A stretch of 64,000 nt of DNA from Nitrospirales bacterium (lineage in GTDB: Bacteria; Nitrospirota; Nitrospiria; Nitrospirales; UBA8639). The DNA lies in the NCBI GenBank assembly GCA_965203295.1, contig CBDBCZ010000014.1, forward strand, positions 352,001 through 416,000, in the 5' to 3' direction. Position 1 is the first letter of the stretch, and every line of letters begins with the position of its first letter. Below the pieces are notes generated by a model that was not told the origin of the DNA, searched no databases, and saw nothing but the letters and a program-made list of their open reading frames with translations. Position numbers and translations under genes: made by a program. Positions 36,068 through 47,033 of the stretch are shown piece by piece.

Positions 36068-36932
36068 TCAATATCCTGTTGCATCACCCTTCAGTTCTAT
36101 CACCTTTGGTATTACTTTGTCAAGGTGGCGAATATACTTAGTGCATTTTGCTGGAGTGACTGTAGCCCAAAATGTTTTAATTCCTGCCTTAAGCTGAGCC
36201 AGATTTCTAGGTTTCACTTTTGCACGCAAAAATTCTTTGAGTTCATGCCACATATTTTCAATAGGGTTTAAGTCAGGTGACTCCGGAGGTGTCCGCCACC
36301 AGTTTATGTTGTTCTCCTCAAAAAAGCGTTGAGCACGACGGGAAACGTGCTTCGGGTCGTTGTCCTGCATAAACCTGTGTTCACGGCTGCCAAACGTATT
36401 CTTTACAAAAGGGACAAGACAGCGTTCAAGGATACGCACATAAAACTCTGCATCCATTATTCCAGTAAAGATGGCTATATCTGTAGCACCCTCCATGCTG
36501 ATTCCTGCCCATACGTGGACTTTCACTGGGTGCTTCGGACGGGGCTTTGGTTTCGGCTTTTCTCCTTTTTTCCTATAGCAACGCAACCGGTGAGTTTCGA
36601 TTTGGATTGATGCTTCATCAGAGTATATTACATTCCCAAAACGCCCCCCTTGATTTTGTAGTGCCCACTCAAGCCGCTTTTGCTTGTTGACGTCTCGTAT
36701 CAGCTGGCAGTATGCAGACCCTCGAAAGGTCCACCCCAACTGTGCCCGACAACGAACCACAGTGCGAAGAGAGACACTGATACCACTGTTAAAAAGTAGC
36801 TCATGCAACTGTGTTGCTGTACTTTCATCATCAAGCCACATTCTTTGCTCTACAAGCTGAAGAACATGATGTGTAATTTTGGAAGGACGACCAGACCCTA
36901 CTTTTCTAGCGATGGTACAGAATCTCCTATAC
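36068..36932 (-). CDS. Tc1-family DD34E transposase, terminal exon (first exon not found)
   Basis: Acceptor ttatgcag| then YRRFCTIARKVGSGRPSKIT; YSDE, QDNDPKH and SPDLNPIE with 34-aa spacing; clearly homologous to 15676-16801. Confidence 0.9.
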
Positions 36933-37220
36933 CTGCATAAGAATTAAAACAAATGTAACGAAACGGCACAAATAAAGCAACTATATTTCTTAAAGCTGGT
37001 TGCTAGAGTAATCTTCAGTGCACAATGTATGATACTACTTCCCCTAGCCAATTATCCGAACCTTGAAATAAACAGCGATACAGTCTTCCTAGTGGTCTTG
37101 ACATGCTAAAGGTGAGTGCATTATCGGCCCGAGACTGCTACTTAATTTTTTCGATAATGCACACTAAAGTGTGCAGTAAGCAATTTAATGCACGGTCATG
37201 TGAGTGAGTCTGACATTTCA

Positions 37221-37608
37221 TGTCTAAAAAAACAGCCGGACGCCTTTCCCGTATAATACACACAACTCAGCTTAGGCCAAGCTATTACACTACAGCTGTA
37301 GAATTAGAACGCGGAACAGCAAAAGTGCTGACTCAGCAGTTTCGTCATGCACCTACTGTTAGTAGCTATATGCCACGAAACCAGGATCTTTACGGCTACC
37401 TACCACGTTTTCGCCATCTAAGCAACACAAAACTACCTTCATTTGCTGTAGCTTGGCCTGCAAACCTCCAAAAGCTGCTATACACTGCAGTTGCATAGTA
37501 ACGTATGACGTAATATATTGCGCACGTGATAAGTGCGGACGCACAGACAAACAAACAAACAAACAAACACGGAAAACGTAAAGCAATCTTAGGACCAGCC
37601 GGCTGGTA
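37221..37608 (-). repeat. Dispersed non-autonomous repeat (DINE-1/Helentron-associated-like); copies at ~48040-48253 (-) and ~59970-60445 (+)
   Basis: Shared core tttaccagccgg..ggctggtcctaag..(tgtt)n..cacttatcacg..tatgcaactgcagt, with an internal microsatellite and short inverted accagccgg motifs near both ends. Confidence 0.7.
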
Positions 37609-37619
37609 TAAAACACACC

Positions 37620-39325
37620 TCCAGGATTCTTTGAAGTTCCCAAAGACTCTCGCCTGATCTGCCTGTCCTTCACTCCAGAAAGATGCATGTTGTAGGTCTG
37701 CTTCATTGACAATCAGTACAGCTGGGCATGTACAAGATACAATACATTATTACATGAGCTGCTTAGGGCAGGGTCACAATTTCTAATAATCTGATTAGCA
37801 ACAAGTCACTCACCATCGGCCAGCCGTCCATCTCGCCCTGCTTTACCAAATTCTTGCACCATGTCTTCAATAGACGAGGGGCAGCCTACTCGAACCACCA
37901 TGTCGACATCTGGAACATTCACCCCCATTCCAAAAGCTCTATATAGTGGCAACGATGACTTGCACTTCAGAAGCTTTCCACTTCGCAAGGACAACTTTCT
38001 TATCGGAGGACGACAGCTTCTTCCCGTGGAATGCTGCAGCTTCTACTCCGGCTCCCTGCAGGGCCACAACCAGTCTCGTGACGTCTTGGATAAAATCCAT
38101 GTAAACGATGGCTTTTTTCCCCTCGATCATTGGCACAAGCATGTCAGCCAGCCGAGTGTAACCGGCAGATCCTAACATGTAGAATAGCACAAAAAAACAA
38201 ACCAGTAATTGATGTCATGGGCAAATAACAAGAACATGTTCTGTTAAGGTTATTGTCAATGCAACATAAATACATCTCACTGCAGTCACATACCAGATGT
38301 TTTCCACTGGCACTCGGTGACACAATACTGTAGGTTAGGCCTGTTCACACTTGCGGTGACAACCTCAGCGGATGGTCCAGCCCAAGCCGTTATCATCTGT
38401 TTCACAGGCGGTGGGGCGGTTGCAGTGAGAAACATGAAAGGCACCTGGGGATGATTGCGTACAAGGCCCTCTATAGCTGCATACTTCGGCCTGTGCATGT
38501 ATATGAGGAAGAAGAGGGTATATCTCTCACACAAATTCTAGCAGATATCATGCACAGTGGATACATACCTGAAGTTTTGCCATGCAGCAACTAGATGTGC
38601 TTCGTCAATGGCAATAACACAAATCATGTCATCTTGAATCAGCTGATTGAAGATGGAAGAAGGTGTCCCATCATTGCTGAAAAACGTCTCCGGCGTCACA
38701 TAGACCACTTTGAATTCTCCTGCCTTGATTCGCTCAGGTACAGTCTGGTCTGACTGTGCTGATCCAACGTACGTTGCGGGAATTCCTGTATCGACGAGGC
38801 TGGTAGCCTGATCCACCATCAGACTGATAGTGGGGGTAATCACAACTGCCACTTTCCCTTCCGACAAAAAGGGTGGTAGCTGGAAGCAGAGGCTTTTGCC
38901 ACTGCCTGTGGGCTGCACTACGACAGCATTCCGTCCTTCCATAATGGCAGCAACAACGTTCTCCTGCCAGTCATGAAGGCTGGTTAGTTGGAAATGCTGA
39001 GCCAAGACCCCAATCCATCGTAGCTTTCTCTCTACATAAAACAGGGATAACAACAGAGCGTATAACAGTCTCGCGGGCTAAACTAGAAGGCACCAAATAG
39101 AATTAGTCTCCACTTACCGTCGCTAGCCGTATCACGAGCGACCTCCGATTTCGGCTCCGCCTCTGCAGTCGTCTGAATCCGCAGCTGCTGTACAATGTGG
39201 CCACTCTTTCCAGCTCGGCTATGCCTCCGCTTGGAACATTCTTCGCAGTATGCTTCATCGCATTCCAGACAGAAGACAGTCGATAAGGCTCCGCAGAACC
39301 CGCACTCGTCAACGTCACCGTCCAT
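37620..39325 (-). pseudogene. B-box zinc finger-RecQ helicase fusion gene, >=5 exons, frameshifted and 3'-interrupted
   Basis: Exon 39325-39118 (CGFC..CLECDEAYCEEC..RH..GH, B-box) splices in frame to exon 39031 onward (QPTGSGKS, DEAH), then LTATA, VNRPNL, AFGMGVNVPDV and QEFGKAGRDG; 4-nt frameshift at ~37942. Confidence 0.85.
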
Positions 39326-39504
39326 CTCCTTGAAAAGTGAGAAACTTCGCCCGTTCTTTTAGTAGGCACTGCCATCGTGGGAGCACAGAAGAATCTTGCA
39401 GTTGCTTTGCAGTACAAGTGTTTTCACAAAGAATTTCCGCCACTTTCTCAGCGCTTTGCTTCGCGGTACAAGTGTTTTCACAACCCAGCACGTGATTGAC
39501 ACGG

Positions 39505-39707
39505 GGACACAAAATTTCCCCTCCCTACGGAGGGGAGATTTTGTGTAAAAAACACAAATAAAAGCACACAAAATTTCCCCTCCATGGGTTATGGAGGGGA
39601 AATTTTGTGTCCCCCACACAAAATTTCCCCTCCCTAGGAGGGAAAATTTTGTGTCACTACCCACACAAAATTTACCCTCCCTAGGAGGAGAAATTTTTCA
39701 TTTTGTG
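39505..39707. repeat. Array of four palindromic units forming a probable transposon terminus
   Basis: CACAAAATTT(C/A)CCCTCC-loop-GGAGG..ATTTTGTG x4, ending TTTTGTG|TA (reverse complement TA|CACAAAATGAAAAATT). Confidence 0.7.
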
Positions 39708-40074
39708 TAGTTTTATCTAAGACCCTCCGAACCCTGACAACAGTAAATATGCTCTGCTTTCTCCATGACAATTTGGATTGAACAAGTCACGTAATTCAGT
39801 CTCAATGTTACTTTTTTACAACTTCATACTTTATTGTACTTGTCCATTTCTCTTTCATGTGATCTTGGTGCGGTGTTACACTTGAAAGCAATATATCGGG
39901 TTAATTTGTGATACACACTGGGGTGTTGTGATATGCAAACTGAGTCAGATAACGCCCAGCACTAATACACACACCTTTTTATGCACGGGAAATAGTTACA
40001 ATCTAAGTTCGCAATGCCAGCTTAATTAACATTTTGCAAATGCTCACAATTTTCTCACAAAACCTTTTCACAAC

Positions 40075-40275
40075 ACATTGTACAAGCCTACCGAGGGCTC
40101 TACAGGTACAAGCGACCACCTTATGGTGTGGCCTCAGCCCCGGCCGTGCTTCAGAAAACCATGGAGGTAGTTCCGTAAGGGCTGCCCAAGGTAATCTGCT
40201 ACCTGGACGATATCCTGGTTACCGGCAGCAGTGAGGAGGGGTACTTGGAGAATGTGGAGGTGCTACAACGCCTTT
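40075..40275 (+). pseudogene. Gypsy LTR-retrotransposon RT fragment
   Basis: RGLYRYKRPPYGVASAPAVLQKTME...VICYLDDILVTG; frameshifted. Confidence 0.8.
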
Positions 40276-40779
40276 AGTGGGTCTTTCAGTACCAATTTTC
40301 ACAACACTGGCAACTACATGTACATGTAGGCAGCCTTCTAGAGATACCACCCCAACGTACATACATAGTCAATCAATACACCCAGAACTCACAAACTATA
40401 CATTTTTTCAATAACAACTTAAGTACATGTATTAGGACTGGGTGGGGCTTTCCAGGAATGGTTATACAATTAATATCTCCACTGCCATACATGTACAAAT
40501 ACATTAAGTGTAAAATTATCCTCACCTTCATTTTCCTACTCTACTTCAGCTAGTAGGTGCCTGCAAGAGATGCTTGGTGTTCCACAAAGGCTAATATACA
40601 ATCACCTGAGAGGGAGGGAGGGGGGTGGGGAGTTAAAGTAGTGCCAAGCAGTAGAGGTTTAAAAGTACAAGCATAGCTGGATGTTTTCAGCTCAGAAATT
40701 CAAAAGGTAAACTTTTAGGGTGTGTTCATATGTACCATGAAGTATTCACAGGAAGAGGAAAGTGTTAGCTTTATAAACC

Positions 40780-41130
40780 TAGGTAATATGATTAGAGCCA
40801 CCCGAGAATAATACAGTATAACTAATCTCTAGTGGAAACACTAGCCTGTCTTTAGGAAACACCAAACGTTTCGACCGCTATACAGCGGTCATCATCAGTG
40901 GTAACAATGTGTTACAAAACGAACACTTAAATACAGACAGCAACAGGAAGTGGGTATTAAATGGAAGCATGGGCGATAATTAGAAAACGAATGAAGACGA
41001 TTACAAGAAACTAAGGCTGGTGAGTGGAATGAATCAAGGGGTTGTAGGCAGGGGGGAGAAGTCCAGTCTCCCTGTTCATGGGGTTCGCCTGGGAGCGAAT
41101 ATGCCATGCTTCGATGGCACAACGCTGATG
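40780..41130 (-). mobile_element. Penelope-like element 3' end (GIY-YIG C-terminus + 3' UTR/pLTR)
   Basis: Minus-strand frame LHQRCAIEAWHIRSQANPMNRETGLLPPAYNPLI* matches the EAxxI...NRDxG.LP..Y tail of Penelope endonucleases; hammerhead motif downstream. Confidence 0.85.
40860..40903 (-). ncRNA. Minimal type I hammerhead ribozyme
   Basis: Minus strand UACCA-CUGAUGA-U-GACCGCU-GUAU-AGCGGUC-GAAAC-GUU-UGGUG: complete core, 7-bp stem II, stem I ACCA/UGGU, palindromic AAACGUUU stem III. Confidence 0.85.
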
Positions 41131-41852
41131 GAGAAGAGAATTTTGAGCATGAAGAAGCTCGATATTTTCTACAATGATTCAAGCATGAAGAAGCTCGATA
41201 TTCTCTGTGGTATAGCACTCGAGGCCTACATGTTTTCAAAGAACTCGAACAGTCAGTCATACACGAGTGGACGCTTGCCGTTTCCCACCATTTAATGACT
41301 CGGCAATGACTATGCAGACTACACGTTTTCTTCCATACCTTTTATAGTGCTGGCTATTAAGTTGTATCTCCTGCCGTAAGCTACACCAACTGTAGCTATA
41401 AAAGTGAACATACTTACTCACAAGGGATGGTAATCCGTAAAAGTTCTGTGGCATAAACCAATCATAGTATCACTGTGACAATACAAGGACGTTGCTAAAA
41501 CCCAGGATTGGACTAAATAGTGACGGGATATGCTTTTCTGTCCCAGCTAACGGGACGAGATGTACATGCGGGACACGACATATGATGTGCGACTTTTGTA
41601 CACTTCCCCAAAGCCTTAGTTTGTTGCTGGTGAGTTGTTTATAACTCTGAGCTGTAAATCTATAATCATGTTTCTTGGACCAGACTCCCTTGGGCACAGA
41701 AGAGACTATCATGGAGTACGGTAGTACTCCATACGTAGGGATGGCACGGTAAAAAATGGCGGCCTCATATAACGCATACAGAATCATACGTTCAGAACTC
41801 GGCTCTGATAATAGTCATTGGCTTTTATGAGCCATACCATGACATCTCGAGT

Positions 41853-42971
41853 TAGTCTCGCGGGCCAGACGATTAAAGTACGTCTGGTCACGTTTGCCAC
41901 ATTTTTGCAAACGTCGCCGGAATGTGGGCGACACCAATCAGATTGCAGAGCGTTTAATTATTACATAGTTCTTACGTGTTAGTCACATGACAGTCTGTCC
42001 TTTTCAAACGAGATGTTATCGAGAAAAAAAGTGTTAGCGAAAATTGCGAGTTAGCTATGCTTCAGCCGAACCAGGAACGAGTAATAAGTTTTAAAATAAA
42101 AGACGGTTTCCGTCGCTGGTGTCTCAAGTGCACCGGACAACTCGAGCAAAATAGGAAGCACATGCTCTGTAGACTCACTGTGAAGATTTCGACGTTCCTT
42201 CGCCGTTACCGCTGACTCACAAAGCAAGCACATCTCTACCGACTGTCTATATCGTGATTATAAGGCGAGAGTCTACCGTATAGCGCTTAAATTTCGCGGG
42301 TCTTTAATTTTACGAATTTCGCGAATTTCGAACGATTCGCAAAATTATTTCAACGAAAACTTTTACACTTCCGCATATATAGTTGAGTGCATAGACTTAT
42401 ACTGTTTATCGTTTCGGTACTTCAAGAGCGTGGATGGACAGTATCCGTGGTCCAAGTTGCCAGATCCACAAAGCCTAGGAGCGCTCTCCAAACACGTGCC
42501 TCGTCCGCGATATTTGGGTCAAACAGCGAAGCGCTGTACTTCAGCTATCTGCCGGCGCGAAGGTCAGGGGAGCATACCTGAAAATGAGCGCGAAGAAGGC
42601 CGAAATTGGAAGGCGAGCAGCAGAGCATGGAGCGCTAGCCACAATTCACTACTAAGCTTCCTGTAAATCTGTGCGTATTTAGTCACTCGTACGCTCCGCC
42701 CATTATTCATTATTCATTTGTACGTGGGTGTGGCGATTTTAACAGCGAATTCGCGAATTTATTTCAACGAAACGTTCAAAAACGGCTATTCGCGAATTTT
42801 TAGACCCGCGAAATTTAAGCGCTATACGGTATTAGCTTCACATAATAATTGCGTTCTGCCTTGTGAAAAATGACTGTGTCACGTGCACTACATTCCACCG
42901 CGTAACGGAAACGTGGCTAAGGTGGCCAGACGTAACTTCCCCCAACAAAAATCGTCTGGCCCGCGAGACTA
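41853..42971. mobile_element. Non-autonomous AcademH-type element
   Basis: 22-bp TIR TAGTCTCGCGGGCCAGACGATT; perfect 9-bp TSD ATCTCGAGT (41844-52 / 42972-80). Confidence 0.9.
42276..42829. mobile_element. Tc1/mariner (pogo-like) MITE nested in the Academ element
   Basis: 28-bp TIR CCGTATAGCGCTTAAATTTCGCGGGTCT; TA TSD. Confidence 0.92.
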
Positions 42972-43189
42972 ATCTCGAGTGTTTTCATTAGCAACAAGAC
43001 TGTTAGCATTGCTCGAAAGCTTCGCTGGAGTACCACACCGGCAGGTAGACACACTGATGGGGGAGGGGCGTAATGGTATAATTCTTTTTTCTGGTTTCTT
43101 CTTTCTTCAGCCATTCCGTTCCGGGTATTAGCAACTGCCGTGTTCGTCTATATTAAGTGCCACGCCGCTTTGCCATGTTGCAGCAGTTG

Positions 43190-43417
43190 CAGAGGGGCGA
43201 TTCAAGGGCTCGGGCTTTAAACACAACAAAAGACTCATACGCCACCTTACGAGTCCATTTTCAATGTGATAGAGCCGGGGCGATATAGTGAAAAAGTCCA
43301 AAAACGGTCAATGAAGAGTACTGTACTAAACGTGCATTACGTAATCTACAGTACTGAGCTACACGTGACTTTAATGAGACCTGATTAGTAAAGGTCAACC
43401 TTGACCGACCTCCTCTG
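43190..43417. repeat. 228-bp MITE-like repeat; inverted near-identical copy at 63764-63991
   Basis: Direct comparison of the two copies; short imperfect terminal inverted motif CAGAGG...CCTCTG; no clear TSD. Confidence 0.85.
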
Positions 43418-44610
43418 TTTAATGCCTACCCTTGATCGTATCTCCTGGTTCATCACTGCGTAATTAAGTTACACGAACTTTTAGCTAGAATACTTACTCA
43501 TATGGCTGATTATATGTTGTCTAAACGGCTTCTGGCCAGACATACTGTTTAAGAGTGGGGTTAGGGTAGTATGGTAGCTAAGGCCATACCAATTTAATTT
43601 TATGTTGCTCGAGCCAGAGTACCTTTAAAGCAGGGTCGGTAGGTAGGCTTAATAACGATAATAATAGTCACGTGATCACTCGTCTCTGTAGGCAATCGAT
43701 CACCAACAGTTCTCCAAAGGAAGGCATCCAGTTCCAACCTACAATTTCAGGTTTCTTTATAATCTCAAGGCCTCTTTTTACAAGTATACTACGCTGCCAG
43801 TTTTAAGCTGTACGCAGTAAATGTATTCCGCTGTGATATGTGGGTAGTCTGTGTATGCATTATATACAAATTAATGTGCATTGACGCTTGTTTTGTTGGT
43901 TTTTCGGGAAGTGTTTTTTGGTGGAAGTGCATCCCTATCTAACTTATTTTTGCACTTTTTTGCAAGTGCTTTTCTTATATAAAAATGAAAGAGCATGTAG
44001 GGATGGAATCATAAAAAAGTAGCCAAACAAGGTAGGAATGACACCATAAAAATTTACGGATTACCATCCCTACATCTTGCCATCCACACGCACACCACAA
44101 TCCCCATCATGCAGCTCCCTGTGTATCTTGTTTAACTGTGTACTTTAAACTAGTGTGGCCAGAGGTGCCATTGAAGAATAACTGTGTTCTTGTGTAGGCA
44201 GACTCTAACTGGTGTCATATATAAGGAAAAGACTCACAGTCACTCATTCTGCACCTTTTAAATTATGGGATGAACACTGCTGGAGGGGGCAGGTAGCTGT
44301 TTCTCTGTGTGACACTAGAAACTGCAATACATGCCTTTGTCCTTGGTGAGTGCAGTGAAATGTGAAATACCATTTATACAACTCTCTACATACGTAGCTA
44401 AAGCCAAAGTTAGTGCTACTCACGTGACCTTCGACGAATCAGAAGTCTCAAACTCGATCACATGACCGCACGTTAAATCGCTTAAAGCACACTTAAGTGT
44501 GCACTAAGTTGTTAATGCACACTTAAGTGTGCATTAACAAAATTAGTGCACACTTTTCTAAATAACGCCCAACAGAACCGTGGCTGTCTCAGGTCAGTGA
44601 GTGAACTAAA

Positions 44611-44792
44611 TACTTTAGATACCAGTTGGCAGTGCATTACGGGACTAGTTAGCGCGCTCGGACAATTAAGTAACGGTCTCGGGCGGATAATGCACTCGCC
44701 TTCGGCTCGTGCATTATCCGCCCTCGACCGTTACTTAATTGTCCTCGCGCGCTAACTATATCCCATAATGCACTGCCAACTGATATCTAAAT
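44611..44792. repeat. Long fold-back palindrome (Crypton-type non-autonomous core); smaller related unit at 48661-48762
   Basis: Arms of ~80 bp around a central ctcgccttcggctcg; the second unit has central ccgaggcgaagccgagg. Confidence 0.65.
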
Positions 44793-46532
44793 ACACTCAC
44801 TATGGATGACTAACACAATTGACCTACAATCTACGCACGCAATACAATCACTCACTGCAATCCAATCATCACCACACAAGCATATTGTTCATGTACAACT
44901 AATGTACATAGTTATCCCACTCCCCCCCCCCCCCCCCCCCCCCCCCAAAAAAAAACAGTGAAATACCATTTATACAACTCTCTACATAGCTAAAGCCAAA
45001 GTTAATACACTCACTATGGATGACTTACACAACTGACCTACAATCGACGCAATTGCCCCTAATGAAACGCAGTCACTCACTGCAATCCAATCCTCCCCAC
45101 ACAAGCAAATTGTTTATGTACAACTAATGTAAGGTCAGAGCCACTTGCCGGGCATAATCGCAGGCAGTGTGTTTTGTCACAGTTTGTAGTGCACTGTATC
45201 GTCAGTGCCTCACTGCATATGTCAAAAGCCGCATACTTTAAACAGACTCACCAGCATGAAACTGTATGCTGGGGGCTTGCAGCAGCGTGCAACAGTCACT
45301 TATCCCATAGATACATGTAACTCAGCTAATGTATAGTTACCTGCTTCAATAGCAGCTTCCACGTGTGTACTGTCCTGTGTATTAGTAACCGAGATGGGAC
45401 GGGATATTCTGTCGCTATCACGCTCTGTCCTATCCCAGGCTTAAGTAACGACCCAACACACATGTACAGCCATCCTTAACTAATCTTCCATGCTAGGGAA
45501 TTATGGATAGGGGTGTGTATTAAAGGTACACATTGCACCAAAGGACTAATTTAGTTTGGTTGTAGTGTGGGATTATGTGTTAATGTATTTAAATCATTTT
45601 ACAGTTATGGGATACTGACATGGCTTTGATTTAATGAGTAGTGAATGAGCAATGAATTATAGGCCCTTAGCCACACATTTTTGTAATTGCTCTCTATATA
45701 CAGGAGATATAGCCTCTTAAACCTAAGAAGGTAGAGTCCAGAGCGCTCAGAGCCATACCTATTCACTTGCCATTCTGTTGATGATAATTGCTTCAAAAAG
45801 CCTTGTCTGGCCCTCATGAATATAGTGAGGAGAGCAGTAGTGACCTAGCAACAGCAGCGGCTTCAGCGAAATTTTGGCAGGAAAATTGTAGTGAGTAGCT
45901 TAATCCTCCATTAGCGCTATATCTAAACAAAGGAGGGCTTACCGTGAATAAGTGCATTCCTACCATACCAGTATCCTATAACCTGAATGGTCTTGAATAA
46001 GGATGTAAGGTTAATTTGTGATGTGGATTGTGATCAGGTGCAGTAGTTGATGCTGTTGAAGATGGTAATGACTGTGGGTTGCGGTGTGTGTTGAAGGGAG
46101 TATTGAGTTTGTAGTCAATGACTATGGGGGGGGGGGTGCAGCATGTAGTGTACTACAGGTATGACTGTAGTGCTTATGGGTTTTGCTCTAGAACCTCTAG
46201 ATTGCCTATTACACTATGAATCTGTGACCACACAGCTGGCAAGAAGCACTCCAACTGCTGTGAAGAAGGCGGTGCTAGTATAGGCAGAGGCTTCCAGCTG
46301 TAAAAGATGCCGTTTTCCTTGTATGTGCTACATACAGGTAGGGGCTATACATGTCTATGAGTGCCTATTCATGTAGGGTGCCTATTTTTTGAAAGGGTGT
46401 TTATTATCGGGATATAGTTGTTGTGATCTAATTGGATGCTTATATCCACAGGGTGCTTCTTTTGTATGGGTGCCTATTATCCCAATTAGGTATGGATAGC
46501 TGTACAGATGGCTTTGTGAGGACAGTTGCATA

Positions 46533-47033
46533 TCGTATTTCCGCGATCAGACGCCACATCGCGCGATTTTCCGCGGCCACTATTCGAGGGCGGCCACTAA
46601 TCGAGGGCGGCATTTATTAGATTGAGCGGTTTACTGGTTACACAGCAATGTACAACAGCAGTTTAAATCCGTTTGAAAATCGCCGTTCGTGCCTCAACAC
46701 TATCGAAAAGCCATCATGCTACAATGCCAGCTGTGTTTTGAGGGGAGAGATATCGAAAATACAGATTCGCGGGCAGCCTCCGTCGGGCTCTGATCCCTTA
46801 AATTTGCAATCTCGAAGAAGACAAAGGTGAGGTCCGATAACTGTTAGCTAACAAAGTCAAGTATTACTCTACTTTTACTGTAGTTGCTACATCTTCTTGC
46901 TTACGCAGTACTTGAATTTTAGCTGCGGCTACTGTTCGAGGGCGGCCACTATTTCGTTCAGCACTTCCGGAGGTGCGGCTATAATTCGAGGGCGGCTACT
47001 AATCGAGGGCGGCGTCTAATCGCGGAAATACGG
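46533..47033. mobile_element. Tc1/mariner (pogo-like) MITE
   Basis: TIR (T/C)CGTATTTCCGCGAT(C/T)AGACGCC; TA on both sides; subterminal cgagggcggc repeats. Confidence 0.85.

Larger units (their letters stand above)
32177..36932. mobile_element. Second two-gene Tc1-type element (BEN gene + DD34E transposase); right end lost
   Basis: TA + CAGTACTGGCCAAAAAAAAGGCAACA left end resembles the TIR at 12911; it interrupts the MULE-fold gene; same gene order and orientation as 12911-17274; no matching right TIR seen. Confidence 0.85.

Noticed and set aside
36933..37220. Right TIR and first transposase exon of the second Tc1 element
   Set aside because: No reverse complement of CAGTACTGGCC was found by eye; the region contains unrelated repeat fragments
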